From positions 32,001-96,000 of the IMG/VR virus record IMGVR_UViG_3300032214_001486: 64,000 nucleotides of DNA; one strand, written 5' to 3'. The notes under the pieces are model-generated. The model had not been told where the DNA came from and ran no database searches. It was given only the letters and a program-made list of their open reading frames with translations. Below, piece by piece: positions 35,312-43,368 of the stretch; the stretch's first letter is position 1, and each line of letters begins with the position of its first letter. Source of the stretch: a virus. The position numbers and the translations under genes are program-made.

Positions 35312-37299
35312 TGGAAATCCTTGCGATTTAGGGTGGGAGGGATACCGAAGCGGGCGGGCCATTGGATCAAGGGTTCTTGATCCTGTAGGTGGTTTCGGTA
35401 CATAAGGACGCGGTACATATCTTCTAACGCTGTGGGCTGATGCTCGCCCCGATAACTTCCCACAAGGAAGGACACAACGCCATTCCTTTCGTCCCCCCGA
35501 TCCCCCGTATAAGCGAAAAGCGGGTATTGCTGCATGAGTCTTTGATACCCCGCGATGAAATCGGAGAGGGGCAGACCTAATTTCTCTGCGGGGGTATTGT
35601 AGGTTCTCACTCGGCGCCCCGTCCATTCCCCAATATCGTTTGTCCCAGCTTTGTGGATGACGTAATCCCCCCTCTCCTTTTCGCCCTCTAAGTAGTAAGG
35701 CTTCTCTCCGATAAACAGGATGGCCTCTAAGGGGCCTTTTTGGGCGCGGTTGAACGCCTTGCGTTGGGTCCATGAGGTTGCGTGTTGGGTGACGTACTCG
35801 GTCAGCTTCCGCAAACCCTCTTGGCGCAGGTCATCCAGAGCGTCCTTGTTTGCTTCGATCTTTGTCCGAATTTCAGTGTTTCGGGCTGTTTTTTGGGCTT
35901 GGATCTCACGCTCACGCTCACCCCGTTTACGCTGTTCCTCCTTTTGCCGCTTCCGCTCTATCCCCGCGGGGCTTGCATCGAATTCTCGTTGTGCTTCGTC
36001 CTCTGCTTGCTTCCTTGCGGCGTCTGCGTAGGCTTGGTACTCGTCCTTTTGTTTGTCGGACAGCCCGTAGGTATTGAGCAAAAGGGCGGCGCTGTCCCAG
36101 GGTGTGTAGTAGAACGGGGCCCGGTCCCCGCTAAGAACGTAGCCTCGTTCCTTTGCTTCCTCCTGCTCTCTCTCTCGGTTTTGTAACTTCTGCTGTATGA
36201 ATTTTGCGATCATACCGGGGTTACTCTCGGGAGAATACACGTCAGCCACGGGGTACAGACTCTTGATAATGCTTCTGGTCTGCTTGCCCGCGGTGCCGCC
36301 CGCAAAGGCGAGCACGGGGTTCTGTTCCGCAAGGTAAGCCAAGGCCCCCGCCACGGCATCCCAATCCGGGGTGTCTCCAAGGTGTATGTCGCCCTCTAAG
36401 CCAAACAGCACGCGCAGTCCGTGATCGGTCAAGTGCAGCTTTTTGGCCCACCGCTGCACATCTTCGTTCTCGGGGCCCTCCTCTTTCCAGGCTGCTCGCT
36501 CTTTGGTCCCCTCTTTTTTCTGTACGGCGAGGTTTTGCCAATCTTCTGGTGTCATGCCTTCGGGGTAGCGCACCCGCCACGGGCCGAGGACCGTTTCTAA
36601 GTCGATGATTGTTCCCTGCGTGTCCCGCACCGGCTCATACCCGTAATTAGCGATTTCCGCATAGTCTCTGTTGGCGTATACGGTGTGGCCCGCTTTGCTG
36701 GTCAATACTGCGATGACGGGGCCTATCCCGGCCTTATCCGCGGTGACCACGATGCGGGGGTAGTAAGCGTAAGGGTATATACTTATTCCGTACCCCAACT
36801 CGACGGCCTGGAGCAAGAAATTGGCGTAAGGCAAAAGCAGATAGAACGATACTTGACCCTCGGCCTTTGTGTGGGGCCTCACCCTGTCATACAAACCCCG
36901 GTGTGTAGCCTCAATCCACATATTCGCGGTGCCGTCACTCATAGCGGGCTTCTCTACCCGTTTCAGCCCGAAGGCAGACGGAAAGTACCGTACATCAAAG
37001 ATCAAATCACGGTCTTTGTCAATAAACACGTTTTCTGCTACCGGCTTGACCTTGGGCTTAGGGTAGGGGGCGTCAGCATAGGTCTGATCTCCCTTGCGTT
37101 GTGCCATAGCGCGCGTGATCATCAAAGCGAGGTGGCTATCGTGCCCCATCACGCCTTGCCCCGACTTGTACCGCTTACGCAGAAACGCACCCAAGGGGGT
37201 GTTCTCCGGGCAAAGATCCAGTAGAGCTTGGAGGATGCGGTAAGGTGTAATCGGGGCGATATGTAGGGGCTTAGGCCACGGGTAGTCTACGCGCAGCAT
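35308..37299 (-). CDS. large hypothetical protein
   Basis: GGAG RBS; 663 aa; charged coiled coil. Confidence 0.8.
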   Translation of the reverse strand: MLRVDYPWPKPLHIAPITPYRILQALLDLCPENTPLGAFLRKRYKSGQGVMGHDSHLALMITRAMAQRKGDQTYADAPYPKPKVKPVAENVFIDKDRDLIFDVRYFPSAFGLKRVEKPAMSDGTANMWIEATHRGLYDRVRPHTKAEGQVSFYLLLPYANFLLQAVELGYGISIYPYAYYPRIVVTADKAGIGPVIAVLTSKAGHTVYANRDYAEIANYGYEPVRDTQGTIIDLETVLGPWRVRYPEGMTPEDWQNLAVQKKEGTKERAAWKEEGPENEDVQRWAKKLHLTDHGLRVLFGLEGDIHLGDTPDWDAVAGALAYLAEQNPVLAFAGGTAGKQTRSIIKSLYPVADVYSPESNPGMIAKFIQQKLQNREREQEEAKERGYVLSGDRAPFYYTPWDSAALLLNTYGLSDKQKDEYQAYADAARKQAEDEAQREFDASPAGIERKRQKEEQRKRGEREREIQAQKTARNTEIRTKIEANKDALDDLRQEGLRKLTEYVTQHATSWTQRKAFNRAQKGPLEAILFIGEKPYYLEGEKERGDYVIHKAGTNDIGEWTGRRVRTYNTPAEKLGLPLSDFIAGYQRLMQQYPLFAYTGDRGDERNGVVSFLVGSYRGEHQPTALEDMYRVLMYRNHLQDQEPLIQWPARFGIPPTLNRKDFQ

Positions 37300-38217
37300 T
37301 TAGGGCTCCGTAGGCGGGAATTCGACGCGCCAAGCCTGGGTTGTGCCGACAGCGGCCTTCGCTTTGTGTGAGTTGGTGCCGGACTCTATCGTAACACCGA
37401 CCAGATCCTTGTGGGCGCCGGCTATGACCCGTACCGTTGTGCCGATGGCGATGTTTTTGTCTTTCCCGTCCTCCCGCTTCAATTCATCCTTGCGTATCCA
37501 GCGGGTGTAGCCGAGCAAGGCTTCCAACCGCCGTTCTGCGTGCTCTGCGAAAGGCGGCTTCACCCGCATCGGTTTGATCGGACGGTAGTTAGCGACGAGG
37601 CGCAGAAATTCGGTGTCTCTGGACCCCAGGATTTCAGCGTTGACGCTCCGTACCCAGGCCCGATCTTCGTCCGACATGCGGGGCATAGAGAGCATCGCCC
37701 GCGCCCCACGATCAAACCAGTCGGCTATCTTCTGCTCTGTCTCGTCTTGGCTCTGCTCGTCCTTCCGTACATACAGGGTTTTCGCTACCCCTGCTTCGGT
37801 GACCCGTTTGAGGGCGCCGTCGCTGGTCAGCGCGATCAGCAGCCACTTCGCTTGGGTTTCGTCCATCCATTCCGGGTTCTTGCCCGACCGGATGATCGCC
37901 CGGACTTTGTGCTTGTCTCGGTCTGAGAACAGGGCGGGCAGCGTTGCCGGGGAGAATTCAAAGCTACGCCCGGCCTGCAAGGCAGGGCCGGGCGAGTAAA
38001 GGAACAGATCGTACACGTCGGCGTACTTGTCATCGAGCTTGTCTAAAGCGTGGGCCAGCCCTTCCTTTGCGTCAAGCCGATCTTCAACAAACTTATACAA
38101 CCGGGTTCTATGCGTCTGCATCCAAGCAAGCAACCGCTGCGAGCGGTCGTCTTGCCGCGAGCTAAGCAGCTTTTGGACTTTTTCCAGCACACTATCGGGA
38201 GTCAAAGCAGCGGGCAT
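37300..38217 (-). CDS. hypothetical protein with weak shared N-terminal module and C-terminal KOW-like motif
   Basis: RLLAWMQTHRTRLYKFV; IAIGTTVRVIAGAHKDLVG. Confidence 0.75.
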   Translation of the reverse strand: MPAALTPDSVLEKVQKLLSSRQDDRSQRLLAWMQTHRTRLYKFVEDRLDAKEGLAHALDKLDDKYADVYDLFLYSPGPALQAGRSFEFSPATLPALFSDRDKHKVRAIIRSGKNPEWMDETQAKWLLIALTSDGALKRVTEAGVAKTLYVRKDEQSQDETEQKIADWFDRGARAMLSMPRMSDEDRAWVRSVNAEILGSRDTEFLRLVANYRPIKPMRVKPPFAEHAERRLEALLGYTRWIRKDELKREDGKDKNIAIGTTVRVIAGAHKDLVGVTIESGTNSHKAKAAVGTTQAWRVEFPPTEP

Positions 38218-38246
38218 GGTGGCGGACCTCGATGGGCTTGGGGGGC

Positions 38247-38277
38247 AACGTAGCCCGACCCTTGCCGTTCGTCAAGG
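38247..38277 (-). promoter_or_regulatory. sigma70-like promoter, CCTTGACGA class
   Basis: TTGACG-17 bp-TACGTT. Confidence 0.65.
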
Positions 38278-38373
38278 GTAGTCGAACGCAATAATACCCG
38301 CCCATGATACCAGAAGGCACCGCGGGCGGGTAGGGGGATCGTCGGGCGCCGCGCTTAGCGGTTCATGTATTCG

Positions 38374-38820
38374 TTACCCGTTCCGGTACTTCTCCAGGGC
38401 CAAGCGAAGGCAGGGCATAACGCCCGGCGCGAGGGGATAGTGTGGCAAATCTTCCACCGCCACCCAGGCGAAAGCGTCGTGTTCGCCGTCCGCGAGAACA
38501 GTAGCTTGGCCGTTGTCGTAAGTCAAGTAGATGGCCCACGACCGTACTGTGCCGGCGTACCACAAGGCCCGAGGCCCCGAGGCCCCGATTTCCTCAGCCA
38601 TTTCGCGCAGCGCCGCGGCCGGCGGCGCCTCCCCCCGCTTCACATGCCCACCGGGCAGGCCCCACAGCCCCGGCGCCCAGGGGGCGGTCTTTCCCCGCAG
38701 CAGAAGCAGTACCCGCAAGGGCGCGCCGCCCTGGACGATGACGACCAGGGCGGCGGTTGCGGCTGCGGGAGCCTGGGCGGCGGCTGCGGCAGCCTGGGCG
38801 GCGGCAGCCCTGGGGTTCAT
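38374..38820 (-). CDS. Nudix hydrolase
   Basis: Nudix box GGHVKRGEAPPAAALREMAEEIG; EH..F.W. Confidence 0.9.
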   Translation of the reverse strand: MNPRAAAAQAAAAAAQAPAAATAALVVIVQGGAPLRVLLLLRGKTAPWAPGLWGLPGGHVKRGEAPPAAALREMAEEIGASGPRALWYAGTVRSWAIYLTYDNGQATVLADGEHDAFAWVAVEDLPHYPLAPGVMPCLRLALEKYRNG

Positions 38821-41800
38821 CGGTGCCGCTTCGGGACTAAGGCGCTGACCCGCCGGGGGTTCTCAGTCACCTTCCGGTCAACGATCTGGCGCAGCTTAAA
38901 CTGCCCCGGCTGGACCTTAAACTTGGGAATGTCAGCCAAGGTCAAGGGGGGCACTACAAAAGACCCATCGTTATCATCCGTCCGCACCAATCCGTTGTTT
39001 TTGAGCACACGCGGGATTGTAACTACCTTAAAGTACCCCGCTTCAATTCCAGCCTTAGCTCTTTCAGCGGGTAACCCAGCGGCCTCTAAAGCAGCGTAAG
39101 TGGCGGAACCCCCCACACTTTGCAGATACTTGTAGATTTCTCTTTGTTTGGGTCGGGACGTACCGGGATCACGGATCGCCTGCACCCCCTTGTCCGTGAA
39201 CGCATCGTCCTCGGCGGCGGCGTCCCGCACCATCTGTTCGTCAATGATGGTATCTTCTTCTGTTAGACCACTGAGCCCCTCGATATTGGCCCGCAGAGTC
39301 TCCATAAGGTCGGTAGCGTATTCCTCCTCTACTACCTTATCCCCCTTCTCCTGTAATTCTTCAAACTTATCCTCACCTACAACGTCACCGATGATCTGCC
39401 GCTTCCGCTCGATAAGGGCGTTTAGCTGCTCGTCAATCGTATCCTTGACGACCAAGAATTCAATCGTCACGTCACGGGTCTGCGTGTACCGATAAGTACG
39501 GTCCTCAGCCTGTTCTTCCCAGGCCGGGACATACCAACGGTCCACAAACAGGGTGTAGTTAGCGCGGGTGAGGGTGATACCCTCGCGCGCCGCCCGTGTC
39601 CCGATGAACACCTTGACCTTGGAGTTATCCCGGTCCTTCTGGAACGCTTCTACTCGACGACGGCGCTCCAAGGGGGGCACCTTCCCGTCAATATAGACAT
39701 AGGGGATGCTGCGGGCGTCCAGGGCTTGCCGAATGAGTCCCATATTCTCGTCAAACTCAACAAACACCACAACGGGGTCGTTAGGGTGCTCTTTCAGCCG
39801 CGTAACGATAGTCTCGATGGCGAACGGCGTCTTGACCTTCGCTACTGCCTGCCGGGCAATCAGGTAGACGACAAAGGCGGTGCCGGCGATCTTCTTGGGG
39901 TTGTATTCAAGCTCGTTTGCCATTTCGGTCGCTTGGTAGACCGTAATTTTGCCCTTTCCATCATGGATGAATTTGAGAGCGGCGTCGATACGCTTCTCCC
40001 GAATTCGCTGGATTACTACCTCCAGCACCTTAGCCATTTCTGTGTCGTAAATCTTCCGCTGCGCCGGAGTCAGCAGGACTTCCCGGTACACACGGGTCTT
40101 TTCTCCCAGGCCCAGGGGCACTTGATTTTTCAGGCGGCGGACCATGTAGCACCGGAGCATGACGCCAAGGCGCTTCCGCAGGTTGTCCACCGTATCAAGC
40201 GTGGGGATATTGCCCTTGAAGGACGTGTTTTTCTCCGAGGGTACAAAGTTGTTCGTGTACTTGTAGTAGCCCTCCCCGTCTAAGGCTTCACCAAAGGCTA
40301 CCGGGTCCACCATCGAAAGCTGGGGCCACAATTCCTCCAGCTTAGCGTTATCCAGGGCGGTGCCCGACATAACGATTGAATACTCGGCCTGATAGGACAG
40401 CTCTCGGGCGCCAATGCTGCGAACGCTATCAAATTTCTTGCCGTAGTGAGACTCGTCTACGATCAAGGTCTTGATACGGTCGTAGTAACGGGGGCCGTAC
40501 TTGCTGGTGCTCGACCAACCCATGATGATGAAGTCAGCGTTGCGCTCAGCATCGGTTAGCTCTCCATCCCCTAACTTACCCAAAATGGGCCCTGTACCTA
40601 CGAAAACCTTAGCGCCGGGATACCAACGATCAATCTCCGCAGCCCAATTGTAGAGCACGCTGGACGGGCACACGACTACAACGGGGAGTGTTTGCGGCGC
40701 CCTCATGCGGACAGCCGTGATCGCCTGCACGGTCTTACCTAAGCCCATCGCGTCGCCGATCAACGCCCGGCCCCCGCGCAGCCATACATACGCAGCCCCG
40801 ATCTTCTGATACTCCATAAGGCCCATCATTTTAGGCCCGCCGGGGTAGTCTTTGTTAAGGTACTGCATCTTGTCCCAATCATACATATTCTCAATCTGAG
40901 CACGCTCCGGTTGAGGTATATCGGAGAATTTGGCCGCAGCGGCCACAGGGAACGCCTTGGGGCAATTGAGCATATAGGCGGACAACAGAGCAATCCGCAT
41001 CGTGTAGGACAACACGAATTCATTAGACAAGTCAAGGGCGCGGGCAAGGCGCGGCACATAGCCGGCCCGGATCTCACCCAGAACAACCGGGACCGGAAAC
41101 GGCGCATACTTCAGGTTTTCTTTCAAGTCAATTCGCTTGCCCCAGCCGGGCATGAGTTCATATGTATCTTCCCCATACCCGGTCTGAGCCAAGTTAGCCG
41201 AGTAGTAGTTGAGAATGACCTCCTTTTGGTACTGCCCTGTCTCCTTGTCTACTATCTTGTTCCCCCTAATGTCTGTCCGGTACTTGGCGTACAGGAACCA
41301 ACCGCAAATTTCACTCACGTTGTCTGTGCCAATAATGACGATCTTACTCTTTGTCGCGTCTGTAGCAGCCGCCAGAGCACGCAAACCCCAGGCGTCCCCC
41401 AATTGCGGTATGAAATCGGTGCCCACCATAGAGGTAGGTACGACAAACACACCCCGACAGGCAGAGAACGAAGGTTCTGTCAATTCTTTGGCTACAGCAG
41501 CAATTGTGTCAATCGACCGACTCCAAGAAGGCAGGGGAGTTTCACCCTTAAACCCGGAGGATTGAATTTTGCTTTGGCTCTGCTCTCGCGCGTCTCCCCC
41601 TTTAATCCGTACCATTTCTGCGGCCTTGTCCTCCTTGGGCAGAAGGCGGGACCACTGGTACACAAACGAAAGATCGCGCACAATCTGTTTGCTGTCCCCA
41701 CTCACCAATTCTTCCCAGGTGTCGTGGAGCTTGGGTGTCATTGTGCTCAAATCAACAGTTTCTCCTCCACCCAACGCAAGGCGCCGGGGCGCCCTGGCTG

Positions 41801-43247
41801 TGTATACTTCCTTCTCGATCCCCTGGGGAGTGACCATCTGCCCAGGGCTTAGCTGTACCTGGGCATCGAGCCCGGCCTTTTCCCAAGCCTCGGCAAGAGC
41901 AGGCAGGTAAGCGAAAACGGCCGGGATCTCTTTCAAGTCCCCCTCAGAGTCCGCGCCTTCTCGCCATTCTTGCAGGAATACGGCAAGCTGCGTGGGCGTT
42001 GTCGGGACAAGCACCTTATACTTGTCTACCGTCAGGCGCTTACCATATCGGTTAAAATAGCCAGAGAACGAAAACAGCGCCGATACCGACTCACCGGGTA
42101 GACCGCCCCGCTTTTGGAACCGATCTCGGGTTGTGAGCCCGACCATAACCCCCGCGGGGGTTACCTCCCAAGAAAAGGCCGGGTGCCTTTGGTCAGGCGC
42201 GTAGTATTCGCCCTGGTGCAAGGCACCAGTAACCTTCCCCGTCGCGGGCCGGGGTAGCCGGGCAGATTGCTTACTCCCCTTTTTGATCTGCCGGGGCGCA
42301 GGAGCCTTAGCTGCTTGCTCAGTCCACCCTTCCCAAGAAGTCTGCAAGCGATCAGCGGCGTTGGGGTATTGATCCCGCAGGTAGTCAATAAGTAGCGGTA
42401 CTTCCTTGATCGAAATGTCGAGATACCAATTCTTGTATCCGCCCTTCTCCTCGGCTCGGGGCACGGCGTTGCCCCCAGCCTCGTTGATGGCGTTTTGAGC
42501 GGTAAACAGGTCTAAGGTCTTTGTAGATAGCGACAAGTACCCTGTTTTGGGGTCATAGCGCCAATTGAGGTTCCCGGTCTTGGTCAGAGGGATAGAGCCT
42601 CGGGCCAACGGTGTCCGCGAATAGATGTGGAAGTCCTGCTCGTCGGGCTTCTTGGCCCCAGGTTTCGTCAGCCGTGCGGGCTTTAAGTAATTCTCTAAGG
42701 TGCGGACAGCCCCCATCACCGCTTGGCGGGGTAGCTGAGTCTTGCTGTGTGTAATCAGCAGCCGGGCTGCGTACAGATAATCTTGATCGTCTGCATAGCC
42801 GCCGGCCACGCGGGAGAGGAAAGCCCGCAGCGCCCCGTTTGTGGCTAAAGAGAACCCAGCGTCATCGTTATACGGCTTGGGTAGCGGGGGCGGGAGAACT
42901 GCAAGGTCAGCTACCATCCCGACAACCGCATCCTTTGCGGCTTGCACGTTAGGGTAAGTGTAGACCGCCTCGTTGGACACCTGAGCAATCGAGCCCGTAG
43001 TCTTGCGAATTACCCGCTTTTCGCGTAATTCATTCTTCTTCTCTTTCAAGGCATTAAACAGCGCCTTTTGAATTCGCTCTTGGTGTGCAAAGTAGTACGC
43101 CCTTAGTGGGCCGGTCAACCTCGACTCTAACCGCTCGATTAGATCCAGAACGGTTACAGAGAACAAGGCCGGGGGATTATGGCCCGGAATGGAGGGAACG
43201 GGGGGCTCCCCCACGGGGCTTTCCATTTCGCTGTCGTTGCGGCGCAT
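38817..43247 (-). CDS. large SNF2-family helicase with ~800-aa unknown N-terminal region
   Basis: YQKIG, DAMGLGKT, DESH, SGT, EGITL, QAEDRTYR; GGAG RBS before MRRND. Confidence 0.9.
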   Translation of the reverse strand: MRRNDSEMESPVGEPPVPSIPGHNPPALFSVTVLDLIERLESRLTGPLRAYYFAHQERIQKALFNALKEKKNELREKRVIRKTTGSIAQVSNEAVYTYPNVQAAKDAVVGMVADLAVLPPPLPKPYNDDAGFSLATNGALRAFLSRVAGGYADDQDYLYAARLLITHSKTQLPRQAVMGAVRTLENYLKPARLTKPGAKKPDEQDFHIYSRTPLARGSIPLTKTGNLNWRYDPKTGYLSLSTKTLDLFTAQNAINEAGGNAVPRAEEKGGYKNWYLDISIKEVPLLIDYLRDQYPNAADRLQTSWEGWTEQAAKAPAPRQIKKGSKQSARLPRPATGKVTGALHQGEYYAPDQRHPAFSWEVTPAGVMVGLTTRDRFQKRGGLPGESVSALFSFSGYFNRYGKRLTVDKYKVLVPTTPTQLAVFLQEWREGADSEGDLKEIPAVFAYLPALAEAWEKAGLDAQVQLSPGQMVTPQGIEKEVYTARAPRRLALGGGETVDLSTMTPKLHDTWEELVSGDSKQIVRDLSFVYQWSRLLPKEDKAAEMVRIKGGDAREQSQSKIQSSGFKGETPLPSWSRSIDTIAAVAKELTEPSFSACRGVFVVPTSMVGTDFIPQLGDAWGLRALAAATDATKSKIVIIGTDNVSEICGWFLYAKYRTDIRGNKIVDKETGQYQKEVILNYYSANLAQTGYGEDTYELMPGWGKRIDLKENLKYAPFPVPVVLGEIRAGYVPRLARALDLSNEFVLSYTMRIALLSAYMLNCPKAFPVAAAAKFSDIPQPERAQIENMYDWDKMQYLNKDYPGGPKMMGLMEYQKIGAAYVWLRGGRALIGDAMGLGKTVQAITAVRMRAPQTLPVVVVCPSSVLYNWAAEIDRWYPGAKVFVGTGPILGKLGDGELTDAERNADFIIMGWSSTSKYGPRYYDRIKTLIVDESHYGKKFDSVRSIGARELSYQAEYSIVMSGTALDNAKLEELWPQLSMVDPVAFGEALDGEGYYKYTNNFVPSEKNTSFKGNIPTLDTVDNLRKRLGVMLRCYMVRRLKNQVPLGLGEKTRVYREVLLTPAQRKIYDTEMAKVLEVVIQRIREKRIDAALKFIHDGKGKITVYQATEMANELEYNPKKIAGTAFVVYLIARQAVAKVKTPFAIETIVTRLKEHPNDPVVVFVEFDENMGLIRQALDARSIPYVYIDGKVPPLERRRRVEAFQKDRDNSKVKVFIGTRAAREGITLTRANYTLFVDRWYVPAWEEQAEDRTYRYTQTRDVTIEFLVVKDTIDEQLNALIERKRQIIGDVVGEDKFEELQEKGDKVVEEEYATDLMETLRANIEGLSGLTEEDTIIDEQMVRDAAAEDDAFTDKGVQAIRDPGTSRPKQREIYKYLQSVGGSATYAALEAAGLPAERAKAGIEAGYFKVVTIPRVLKNNGLVRTDDNDGSFVVPPLTLADIPKFKVQPGQFKLRQIVDRKVTENPRRVSALVPKRHR

Positions 43248-43368
43248 AGGCACTCCAGGGTAAGACAAGGGCAAGGCAGGGCCTTTCGCGGTTACCCTAC
43301 CATAGACGCATATAGCCCGCAACCCCCTTTCGAGGGCTGCGGGCTGCGGGCTTAGGGGCAGACTTGGC

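Noticed and set aside
33023-35773. N-terminal extensions of ORFs 31208..33367 and 33413..35773 as overlaps or frameshifts
   Set aside because: Downstream starts at 33022 (GTG) and 35311 (ATGA coupling) remove the overlaps; no slippery site identified.
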